From: an uncultured bacterium
GTDB taxonomy: Bacteria; Hydrothermota; 32-111
DNA length: 45,377 nucleotides
NCBI GenBank assembly: GCA_965371715.1
Contig: CBDUZN010000002.1
Coordinates: 1 to 45,377 of the forward strand
Reading direction: 5' to 3'
This document shows positions 32,788 to 40,295 of the stretch, in pieces (position 1 is the stretch's first letter; each line of letters opens with the position of its first letter). The translations under genes were made by a program, and so were the position numbers. A model generated the notes under the pieces. The model made no database searches and was not told the origin of the DNA. It was given only the letters and a program-made list of their open reading frames with translations.

Positions 32788-34250
32788 ATTTTATTAGTTT
32801 TTATTATATTTTTCATTTTCTCTGTTAGGTAATAACCACCTACTTGTGCCGCTTCATTACTGAAGTATATTAATTTTACTTCTTTTAATTGCTTTATATA
32901 TCTCTCTACGCTGCTAATAGGTGTTTTAGTTATTGCAACATAATCAGGAACTCTTTTACCTTCATTATTAGCAATAGCATTTAAAAGAGCAGTCAGTTTT
33001 TCTTTTCTTTCCTTAGTCGCTCCCTCAATTGCTCCCTCAATTGCTCCCTCAATTGCTCCCTCAATTGAAATACCATGTTTTCCTATAATAGTTATTTTGG
33101 GGAAACTTAGTATAATAGTACCAAAAGTACCATTCCATTTTGGTTCAGGATACCCTTTATCTATGCAATCATCAATCATCTTAATTGTACCACGACCAAT
33201 CTTTTCAATCCATGCTCTGAGAAAACAAATATGAGCAATATCTGGGTTTCTTGGAAAAGAAAGATGATTTCTCTTTAAATCAAAGAATTTTATTTCAGAT
33301 GGTAATTTTCCATAATTTACAATTTCCAAATAGTCAGGATGAAAAGAAAGAACAATACTCCCAGAAGCATTGGAGTAGTCGCTATGTATCAGTGCGTTTA
33401 AAAGACCTTCACGCAAGGCAATTCTGGGAAATCCTTTATCAATTCTTTTCCAGCTGGAATCTTTGAACTGACTGCTTACACCAATATTTACATCAAAAAA
33501 CTGCGTGATATTATCAATGTTTTTAAATATATTATCATCAAATATTTTATCATAAACATATTCATCTCCACCTTTACTGTCTTTAAAAACAATCAATCTA
33601 ACTCGTGCTTGAGGTAAAAATCTAGTGGGTTCTTTTGCAAAAAGAATAACTGCAGCATTTGTAAAATTTCCATTTTGATAAAGACCATAATGGGTTAGAA
33701 ATTCACTAATCTCATTTTTTGAGAAAATTTTTCCTCTACCCGCTTTTTCAATATCTTTCAATGTATCTAATATAACCGATTCGTCTAAATCTTTAAGTTC
33801 TACACCTATTGCATCTTGCCGTTCCCAAAGGGTTTCAGTTTTTTGTCGTTTTTCAATGAGTTCTGATATTTGATTAGGAGTTGCTTTGGTTGTATTGGTA
33901 ATATTTCGATAGTAAATACTACTATTAAATGTATAAGGGAACCTTGATCCTCTCCATACTTTTATGAGAAAAACCTTCATCTCTTTATAGGTTTCTATTG
34001 AAATTGATATCGGTGCATTAGGAGAAATTAGTTTAACAAGGAAGTCCTCTAATTCTGATTTATGCTTTTCAGTATTTGAAATCCCAACTATTTTATTTTT
34101 CTTTACTCCAATTAAAATTTGACCACCATTGGTGTTCAAAAAGCCGCAAATGGTTTTTCCAATATCTTCTTTACTAACGATTCCCTTAAATTCAAGTTGT
34201 TCACTCTCACCCTTTTTTAAAATGTTTTCTATGAGTTGTTTATTTTTCAT
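32769..34250 (-). CDS. AlbA_2 (Schlafen-like) + HATPase_c_4 (RecG-C-like) + C-terminal wHTH protein, paralogue 1
   Basis: N-terminus ESEQLEFKG...ICGFLNTNGGQILIGV (AlbA_2), ALREGLLNALIHSDYS (HATPase_c_4-like), a (GAIE)4 linker and a C-terminal wHTH-like tail. Overlaps the upstream DUF4062 gene by 11 nt. Confidence 0.8.
   Translation of the reverse strand: MKNKQLIENILKKGESEQLEFKGIVSKEDIGKTICGFLNTNGGQILIGVKKNKIVGISNTEKHKSELEDFLVKLISPNAPISISIETYKEMKVFLIKVWRGSRFPYTFNSSIYYRNITNTTKATPNQISELIEKRQKTETLWERQDAIGVELKDLDESVILDTLKDIEKAGRGKIFSKNEISEFLTHYGLYQNGNFTNAAVILFAKEPTRFLPQARVRLIVFKDSKGGDEYVYDKIFDDNIFKNIDNITQFFDVNIGVSSQFKDSSWKRIDKGFPRIALREGLLNALIHSDYSNASGSIVLSFHPDYLEIVNYGKLPSEIKFFDLKRNHLSFPRNPDIAHICFLRAWIEKIGRGTIKMIDDCIDKGYPEPKWNGTFGTIILSFPKITIIGKHGISIEGAIEGAIEGAIEGATKERKEKLTALLNAIANNEGKRVPDYVAITKTPISSVERYIKQLKEVKLIYFSNEAAQVGGYYLTEKMKNIIKTNKISGDGA
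33019..33066. repeat. perfect 12-bp x4 tandem repeat (GCTCCCTCAATT) inside a CDS
   Basis: Encodes (GAIE)4 in the linker between the HATPase_c_4-like region and the wHTH of paralogue 1. Confidence 0.95.
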
Positions 34251-34794
34251 TTTTTTTCCTTTGAATTTCTTCTAATTCTTTTTCTCTCTGTTTAATATTC
34301 TTGTACTGAGTGTTTATAAAAGTGTAGATTTCATCTGTTTTAAAAAATGATTGAGCCCAATTCGATTTTATGTCATTATACATATCAATTACCTTTACGC
34401 TATCTAATACACTTGTTGGTTTTATCTTAAAACTCAATTTTCGTTTGCCATTTTTATCAAACATAAATTGGTTGAGAAGTTCTCTGGCAAAGGGAACATA
34501 GCGATGTGCAATAAAACACCGTGGTTTATCTAATTCCTCCGCTTTCAAGAACTCTTTATGTGTTATACCTGAACCATATCTTGGGAATAATATACCAAGA
34601 AATAGATCACAATCTTCCACCGCTTTTAAGCAGGCTTCTTCAGATGTATATCCTATAGGTACATACACACTCCCTTTCTTAGACATAATAACTTCGTAAC
34701 CAAACCCATCAAGTATGTTGTAAATGGCATCTAAATCACTTTCTGAACCATAAACTGTTGAGGATACCATTATTTTGAGTTTTTTCTTATTCAT
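34240..34794 (-). CDS. DUF4062 domain protein (nucleoside 2-deoxyribosyltransferase/TIR-like fold family)
   Basis: KIMVSSTVYGSESDLDAIYNIL...CLKAVEDCDLFLGILFPRYGSG..ITHKEFLKAEELDKPRCFI fits the DUF4062 pattern as I recall it. ATG 34794 is preferred because the TTG at 34821 abuts the -10 box. Confidence 0.65.
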   Translation of the reverse strand: MNKKKLKIMVSSTVYGSESDLDAIYNILDGFGYEVIMSKKGSVYVPIGYTSEEACLKAVEDCDLFLGILFPRYGSGITHKEFLKAEELDKPRCFIAHRYVPFARELLNQFMFDKNGKRKLSFKIKPTSVLDSVKVIDMYNDIKSNWAQSFFKTDEIYTFINTQYKNIKQREKELEEIQRKKNEK

Positions 34795-34829
34795 TTTTAT
34801 CCATTTTGATTGTTTTAACAATTAAGAAT

Positions 34830-34857
34830 ATAATATCATTAATGTTGATTTTGTCAA
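34830..34857 (-). promoter_or_regulatory. sigma70-type promoter, TTGACA-16-TATTAT (DUF4062-AlbA_2 operon)
   Basis: -35 at 34857..34852 and -10 at 34835..34830 on the minus strand. Confidence 0.5.
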
Positions 34858-34910
34858 TAAATACATTGGTACCCGCAATTAAATCATCCCATTATAATTT
34901 GCATATTTGC

Positions 34911-35040
34911 ATCCTCCGTCCCCTCCAGATTTCCCAATATTTTCCCATTCTCCTGAGGCAGATTTTTCCACTTTTCCAACCAGCGTACCAGATACCAGTT
35001 ACTTCTGCAAAGCCGAAGGGTCATCCACGCATTTCCAAAT
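34911..35040. repeat. mosaic GC-rich repeat
   Basis: CATTCTCCTGAGGCAGATTTTTCCACTTTTCCAACCA (34946-) is near-identical to 38591-. It is followed by CAGCGTACCAGATACCAGTTACTTCT (compare 36164-) and GCCGAAGGGT. Confidence 0.8.
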
Positions 35041-35042
35041 TC

Positions 35043-35201
35043 CTATAAATTTAAAATATCTACTGATAATCGTGGTAAATTCCTAACAAAAAAATTGATT
35101 GCTGTTCCACCTTTTATTGCCCAATCATCTATTTCTTCAATATATGGCAACAATTTTAGAAGTAATCTCACTTGATTAGAATATTTATCATTATATATCA
35201 T
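35043..35201 (-). pseudogene. truncated AbiEii-type nucleotidyltransferase toxin (52-codon N-terminal stub)
   Basis: ATG at 35201 overlaps the antitoxin stop (ATGA). It encodes MIYNDKYSNQVRLLLKLLPYIEEIDDWAIKGGTAINFFVRNLPRLSVDILNL*. The frame stops inside the catalytic S-V-D-I-D motif and repeat DNA follows. Confidence 0.7.
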
Positions 35202-35938
35202 ATTACAATATTATATTTTTTTATGTATCTTCCATTTTTCACTATTTGCCTTTTCCCATATCCCAGAGTTATTTTTTGTCGGTTTATTTTATTATTCCAT
35301 TTGTAATTAAATTTATCTGCAAAATATAAAAAAACTCTTTTTGTTTTCACTGACCTACAATTTTCCAATAAATCCTGGATAATTTTAGGACGAAGCATTG
35401 TTAAATTTTCAAAAACTTGTTCTATTTCTTTGGAAGTATATTTAATAATAATATCATTTATCATCTCCATTATCGCTTGTTCAGGAACTGCAACTTGTAT
35501 ATCATAATTTTTATAATTTATAATCTTCAGATAATTTTTACTAAAAATATTTTTATATGATATTTGAATATCAATTTTCCATTTATATTTTAAAAACCAT
35601 TTTGGAACTGTATCATTCTTCACATACATAACAACCGTACTTATATCTTTTTCAACAAAATGAGTTATCCCAAACATATTTAATGCTGTTTTAGATCCAA
35701 GATGTAAATTCTTATTTAATTGAAAATGTATAGCATTAATAGCTGAATACCAATATACTCTATCATTATACAATTTATAAGCACCTTTTCCTATACTACT
35801 AATGATATGACTTTTCTTGTATTTATTTAATAATACGGCACTGTAATTATTATTATTCAAATAACTTGCTGTTTTTATTTCTCCCTTTTGCCATTCTAAC
35901 AAAAGTGTGTTTATTTTTTTCCTTACATGTTTACTCAT
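35198..35938 (-). CDS. AbiEi-like (AbiEi_3-type) antitoxin / regulator, orphan
   Basis: LLEWQKGEIKTASYL...SSIGKGAYKLY wHTH-like N-terminus and a GSKTALNMFGITHFV block. Start at ATG 35938, 7 nt after the TAGAAT -10. Confidence 0.65.
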   Translation of the reverse strand: MSKHVRKKINTLLLEWQKGEIKTASYLNNNNYSAVLLNKYKKSHIISSIGKGAYKLYNDRVYWYSAINAIHFQLNKNLHLGSKTALNMFGITHFVEKDISTVVMYVKNDTVPKWFLKYKWKIDIQISYKNIFSKNYLKIINYKNYDIQVAVPEQAIMEMINDIIIKYTSKEIEQVFENLTMLRPKIIQDLLENCRSVKTKRVFLYFADKFNYKWNNKINRQKITLGYGKRQIVKNGRYIKKYNIVI

Positions 35939-35945
35939 GGTTAAC

Positions 35946-35973
35946 ATTCTATCAATAATGTAAACCATGTCAA
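35946..35973 (-). promoter_or_regulatory. sigma70-type promoter, TTGACA-16-TAGAAT, leaderless geometry
   Basis: -35 at 35973..35968 and -10 at 35951..35946. The ATG at 35938 starts exactly 7 nt after the -10. Confidence 0.45.
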
Positions 35974-36013
35974 GAGCTCATTGTTGTTGATATAAAAAGA
36001 AATTCCATAAATT

Positions 36014-36197
36014 TGTCTTTGCGAGCGAAGCTATAGGGTTGAAAATTCGCCCCACCTAGGCGGGTCTAAGGACGTGGCGAACAATCTCCTTATCGGCTAT
36101 TCATTCTTTTCTTCCCCGCCCTGAGCAAGCATTGCGAGCCGAAGGGTCTCCACTATCGTACTCAGCATACCAGATACCAGTTACCTCTTCGGATTCC
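36014..36197. repeat. mosaic GC-rich repeat
   Basis: GTCTTTGCGAGCGAAG...GCGAACAATCTCC (compare 21601), CCGCCCTGAGCAAGCATTGCGAGCCGAAGGGT (compare 42424) and CAGCATACCAGATACCAGTTACCTCTTCGG (compare 34981). Confidence 0.8.
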
Positions 36198-36201
36198 ATT
36201 C

Positions 36202-36819
36202 TTAAAAAACTGTTAAATAACAAGTAATCTTATTTCTATAATATTCTTCATCTACACTACTTATCATTATCCCTTGCGATGAGGATGAATGTATAAAATT
36301 ACCATCATTTAAATAAATCCCAATATGTTCATACCCATTTATTACTATTAGATCTCCCCTTTGCGGATTATTTGTTTTATTTATTGAATTAGCCATTTCT
36401 GTAACCGTTCTTGGTGTTTTCACCCCATTTTTTCCATAAACATATTGCACAAATCCTGAGCAGTCAAATCCTGACTTATTTGTTCCTCCATATTTATATC
36501 CTATTCCAAGACATCCAATTGCATTATTAGCAACATTTTTACGAAATACATCTTTCTCTAAATTTGTTTGCTTTATTATTTCATTAAGATTTATTGAAGG
36601 AAGTTTTTTCTTATTCTTTGTAATCTTTTGTGAATAACTCCCACCATATTTATCAACTGAACTACTCACCTCATTAATTATGTGTTTTGCTTTTCTTGTA
36701 TAGTATGAGGTGCTTTTACCAATCAATTTAAATGTATCTGCTAAAATATTGGATTCATCATATACAACATCTGAAACCAAAATCAAACATAAAAGAAAGC
36801 CAAACATAAATTTCTTCAA
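36202..36819 (-). CDS. NlpC/P60 (C40) family cell-wall peptidase, exported
   Basis: Signal peptide, catalytic GFDCSGFVQYVY, and ...GDLIVINGYEHIGIYLNDGNFIHSS containing the His. Confidence 0.85.
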   Translation of the reverse strand: MKKFMFGFLLCLILVSDVVYDESNILADTFKLIGKSTSYYTRKAKHIINEVSSSVDKYGGSYSQKITKNKKKLPSINLNEIIKQTNLEKDVFRKNVANNAIGCLGIGYKYGGTNKSGFDCSGFVQYVYGKNGVKTPRTVTEMANSINKTNNPQRGDLIVINGYEHIGIYLNDGNFIHSSSSQGIMISSVDEEYYRNKITCYLTVF

Positions 36820-36850
36820 AAAACCCCCATGTTCTTACTTACATTAAAGA

Positions 36851-36899
36851 CACTTCTCCAACTTTTTCTATCCTCCTTAGGCGGATTGAGAACTTTTTC
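36851..36899. repeat. mosaic repeat module (variant of TTCTCCAA.TTTTTCTA..CCTNAGGCGGATT)
   Basis: CACTTCTCCAACTTTTTCTATCCTCCTTAGGCGGATTGAGAACTTTTTC combines motifs seen at 32748, 38591 and 42549. Confidence 0.6.
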
Positions 36900-36941
36900 A
36901 TTCATTGTTCCAAGAACCCATTCTTCTTTTCTTTCTATTGA

Positions 36942-38300
36942 CTATTGACCATCAACTATTGACTTCTTCTTGCCCCGTCCCCTTATGTACCAAACATTAT
37001 TCCCTCCACCCATTTTGATAATTTTATCTTGCCTAATTAATTTATTTAAATCATCAATTGCGGTATCTCTATGAACAGAAAATTGTTTCTCTATATCTTT
37101 TGATTTAATTCTACCATTTTCCTTAAGTTTACTTATTATCCACTTTATTCTTTTCTCCACAGATTTATTTCGGATTTGTTTCGGATTTGTTTCGGATTTG
37201 TTTCGGATTTGTCTATAAAAAATTACATTAAAAAAGGATTCAACTTCAAATTCAATTTTCAAATTATTATCTTTCATTAATTTTTTTATTCTTTTTATGC
37301 CAGATCCTGCTTTTTCAACTAATCCAAGTCTATGAACAAGATCTACAAGTATTGGATTCCTTTGTACACTTCTTTTGCCTAATTCATTTTTAGGAAATAA
37401 TAATTTCCCGGGGTTTATAATTTCTACTCTTTTGGGATCTATATTTATTTGAATGTTTGCAGGGGAAAAATAATCTCTATGTATCATCGCATTTATTATT
37501 GCTTCTCTTAATGCACTCTTTGGCAATTCTAATTTAGTTTTATGTTTTAATTCATCTTTTATTATTATTGCAGTGTTCAATTTTGAAATAAGATATTTAT
37601 AAACATTGTTTAAATTTGATATGAAATCTTCTTCAAATTCCTTTGAATCAATTATTTCCGTCTGTTCTTTATCACTATATAGAAAACATGAGATTATTGC
37701 ATTAGGCAAATAATGTTTTATATTTCTTGTAAAAAACAAGATACCCGAATTGTTTAATTTATTGTTTGTTAGTAAGTTTAGATTATTTAAGATATGCTTC
37801 TTTGATAGATTCTTATCCAACCCTGTTTCTTTTTTAAAATTCTCAAATACATCTATTGAAAAATCCATTTCTTTAAAAACTTTTGTTTGTTTTTCAAAGG
37901 ATATTAAATTTTCTCTTTGAAATAAATTCCTTATTTCATCTCTGTTTAATTGTTGAGAATTTGCTCCATATCTTAAATAAAAATGCCCGTTTATCATATA
38001 AGGTTTACTTTTACCTTCTGGAACATATATAATTACTAAATTATTTATTTGCTCTATTTGAATATTAAAAGAAGGATTCATATTTCTCGCAATATCCTGG
38101 ATTTTTGATCGCACAGAATTTGTTAATTTAAATCCTTTTACTCTATTTGTTTTATCATTTACGCCAATAACTATTTTCCCACCAGAAGAGTTTGCAAAAG
38201 CACAAATTCCTTTACCAATAGAACTATTGATAGACTCTTTTAATTCAATAGTATAACCTTCACCTGTTTTTATTATATCCAATAACTCATTATATTTCAT
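36942..38300 (-). CDS. AlbA_2 (Schlafen-like) + HATPase_c_4 + wHTH protein, paralogue 2
   Basis: TIELKES...ICAFANSSGGKIVIGV, ALREAIINAMIHRDYF and a C-terminal wHTH. Start set at ATG 38300 (MKYNELL, aligning with paralogue 1), which forms an ATGA overlap with the upstream 87-aa ORF. Confidence 0.8.
   Translation of the reverse strand: MKYNELLDIIKTGEGYTIELKESINSSIGKGICAFANSSGGKIVIGVNDKTNRVKGFKLTNSVRSKIQDIARNMNPSFNIQIEQINNLVIIYVPEGKSKPYMINGHFYLRYGANSQQLNRDEIRNLFQRENLISFEKQTKVFKEMDFSIDVFENFKKETGLDKNLSKKHILNNLNLLTNNKLNNSGILFFTRNIKHYLPNAIISCFLYSDKEQTEIIDSKEFEEDFISNLNNVYKYLISKLNTAIIIKDELKHKTKLELPKSALREAIINAMIHRDYFSPANIQINIDPKRVEIINPGKLLFPKNELGKRSVQRNPILVDLVHRLGLVEKAGSGIKRIKKLMKDNNLKIEFEVESFFNVIFYRQIRNKSETNPKQIRNKSVEKRIKWIISKLKENGRIKSKDIEKQFSVHRDTAIDDLNKLIRQDKIIKMGGGNNVWYIRGRGKKKSIVDGQ
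37163..37214. repeat. 11-bp x about 4.7 tandem repeat (ATTTGTTTCGG) inside a CDS
   Basis: One imperfect unit, three perfect units and one partial unit. It encodes IRNKSETNPKQIRNKS, with the protein period equal to 3 DNA units. Confidence 0.95.
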
Positions 38301-38536
38301 TGTATTTTGCTTTTCCATGCATTAATCCTACCATTGCCAGCTTGGTAAAATAATGAGGTTGTTTCATTTACTTTTATTAGATCAAAAAGTTGTTCAGTTT
38401 GTTTTTCTTTTAGTCCAGAATGTTTACTGAAATCAGCAATTCCATAATGATTTATGTATTCCTCAATTTCATTTATGAGGTTTTCATTAATATTTTTACT
38501 ATAATGATAATTCTCAAATTTCTTAATTTTATTCAT
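38297..38536 (-). CDS. hypothetical small protein (79 aa from ATG; 87 aa from TTG at 38560)
   Basis: The ORF ends in an ATGA overlap with paralogue 2. No recognisable domain. Confidence 0.45.
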   Translation of the reverse strand: MNKIKKFENYHYSKNINENLINEIEEYINHYGIADFSKHSGLKEKQTEQLFDLIKVNETTSLFYQAGNGRINAWKSKIQ

Positions 38537-38589
38537 ATAATATATTTTATATGAATTCAATAAATAATCAATATAAAAGATTAATTATT

Positions 38590-38636
38590 CCATTCTCCTG
38601 AGGCGGATTTTTCCACTTTTTCAACCATCGTCCCCG
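38590..38636. repeat. mosaic repeat module
   Basis: CCATTCTCCTGAGGCGGATTTTTCCACTTTTTCAACCATCGTCCCCG is near-identical to 34945-34990. It supplies the last codons and stop of the 38621 gene. Confidence 0.8.
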
Positions 38637-40039
38637 ATTCTTTCTCTTTTTATTTGTTTTCCTTTTTCAGTAATAATGTATTTTTGCTTACTGCTTCGTG
38701 GTTTTTCAGGAATAGTCATTTTTAAAATTCCATTTTCAATAAGTGGATAAATTTTTCTCTTATAATTTAAGTAAACATCTGATAAATTTAAATGTTTTAA
38801 TATTTCACTTTTGGAACGAGGAATATAACAAAATTTTAAAATAGAAATAACTTGCTCACTAACTTGCTCACTAACTTGCTCACTAACTTGCTCACTAACT
38901 CCGACTTTTTTTCTTTTGAAAATTACAACAAAATTGCCTGCTATTTCTTTATATGTTGGAATAGGAAGTTTGAATGTTTGCATTAATTGATTCATCTTTT
39001 CTATTCCACTCCCCCATCTTTCAATATATCCGCTTAAAAATAGAATCTCAGCAATAGTAGGATTTCTTAGTACTGAAATATGTTTTTTTAAAAGATCACT
39101 GATTTTAATATTTAACGGTAATCCTCCTGGAGACCATATTTCTACTCTATCATCAAATATCATTATATCAATATGACTTGGGGTTCTATAATCCCTATGA
39201 GCTACTGCATTTGCCACTGCTTCTCTAATAGCAAGAATAGGTAATTCATATTGTTCTTCTCTTCTACCAGTTTGAGAATTAATCTGGGCAAATTTACGAA
39301 TATTTCTTACTATAAATTTTAGAGATAAGTCAATCTGATTAAAAACATTATCCTTGATTTCAATATGATCAATTATTTTACCTGTTTTATCTACACCCTC
39401 AAAAAAAGCACATTTAATAATAGTATCTGTAAAGTATTTTTGAATTTCTTTACCAAAAGTCATTACCCCAGCAAAATTTAATTTACTTTGTGATAGCAAT
39501 CCAAGTTTACTTAAAATTACTCTATTATTTTCTTTGGTATCAATAGGTAAATTCCTTTCTTCCTTTGCTTTTTCAAGAAACCATTTCACTGTTTTTGCAT
39601 CTATTGCATTATTGTATTCATTATTTATTGTTTTATCAAATCTATATGCAGGATTTTCTCTCTCATAAAGGTATTTTTCTATCTCATATCGGGAAAGATA
39701 TGCATTACTGGTACCTAATCGTTTATATGCTTTTCCTTTATAAAAATATGGCTTTTCAGGACTGTTTTTTATTTCTACAATTAATATATCTTTGTTCTTG
39801 ATTGAATCTATATAAACATTTGGATAAATTCTGGGTTCAATTAAAGATAATATAGTTGTTGAAACTCTTTTAATTGTATTATCACTAAATTTTTGACCAA
39901 GAATATCCCCATTATCGGATATTCCAAAATAGATGGTTCCTATACCACAATTTGCAAATGCACAAAGATCTATTAATGCTTGTTTTAATTCTGCTGTTGA
40001 TCTTTTAAATTCTACTTTTTCCGATTCCTTGAATTTCAT
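38621..40039 (-). CDS. AlbA_2 (Schlafen-like) + HATPase_c_4 + wHTH protein, paralogue 3
   Basis: ESEKVEFKRS...LCAFANCGIGTIYFGI, AIREAVANAVAHRDYR, a (SEQV)4 linker and a C-terminal wHTH-like tail. Confidence 0.8.
   Translation of the reverse strand: MKFKESEKVEFKRSTAELKQALIDLCAFANCGIGTIYFGISDNGDILGQKFSDNTIKRVSTTILSLIEPRIYPNVYIDSIKNKDILIVEIKNSPEKPYFYKGKAYKRLGTSNAYLSRYEIEKYLYERENPAYRFDKTINNEYNNAIDAKTVKWFLEKAKEERNLPIDTKENNRVILSKLGLLSQSKLNFAGVMTFGKEIQKYFTDTIIKCAFFEGVDKTGKIIDHIEIKDNVFNQIDLSLKFIVRNIRKFAQINSQTGRREEQYELPILAIREAVANAVAHRDYRTPSHIDIMIFDDRVEIWSPGGLPLNIKISDLLKKHISVLRNPTIAEILFLSGYIERWGSGIEKMNQLMQTFKLPIPTYKEIAGNFVVIFKRKKVGVSEQVSEQVSEQVSEQVISILKFCYIPRSKSEILKHLNLSDVYLNYKRKIYPLIENGILKMTIPEKPRSSKQKYIITEKGKQIKRERIGDDG
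38851..38898. repeat. perfect 12-bp x4 tandem repeat (CTTGCTCACTAA) inside a CDS
   Basis: Encodes (SEQV)4 at the same linker position as the repeats in paralogues 1 and 2. Confidence 0.95.
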
Positions 40040-40046
40040 TTATTTT

Positions 40047-40075
40047 ATTATACCATTTTTCATCATCAAAATCAA
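40047..40075 (-). promoter_or_regulatory. sigma70-type promoter, TTGATT-17-TGgTATAAT (extended -10), leaderless geometry
   Basis: -10 at 40052..40047 preceded by TGG, and -35 at 40075..40070. The ATG at 40039 starts 7 nt after the -10. Confidence 0.5.
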
Positions 40076-40204
40076 ATTAGTTGTGAAAATTTCTCTGAAT
40101 CCCATAGGAACATTCGGCTATAAACATTCTTTATTAGTAGGTTTAGAATGTATTTAAAATTGACTTTTTTATTGTTTTAAAGCTTCTTTAATTATTTTTT
40201 TATT

Positions 40205-40290
40205 CCCAAACACCCTCCTATCCCTTGTTATTTCCCAATTTAATCAAAATAAAAGGTTACCGAAATTGACCATCGTCCCTGCAATCTTTT
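40205..40290. repeat. mosaic repeat module (variant)
   Basis: CCCTCCTATCCCTTGTTATTTCCCAATTT (compare 34912-34945) and TTGACCATCGTCCCTG (compare 38621-38636). Confidence 0.55.
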
Positions 40291-40295
40291 CTTAA

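Noticed and set aside
33019-38898. Short perfect tandem repeats as possible CRISPR arrays
   Set aside because: Units are 11-12 bp, directly abutting with no spacers, and lie in frame inside coding sequences. There are no cas genes.
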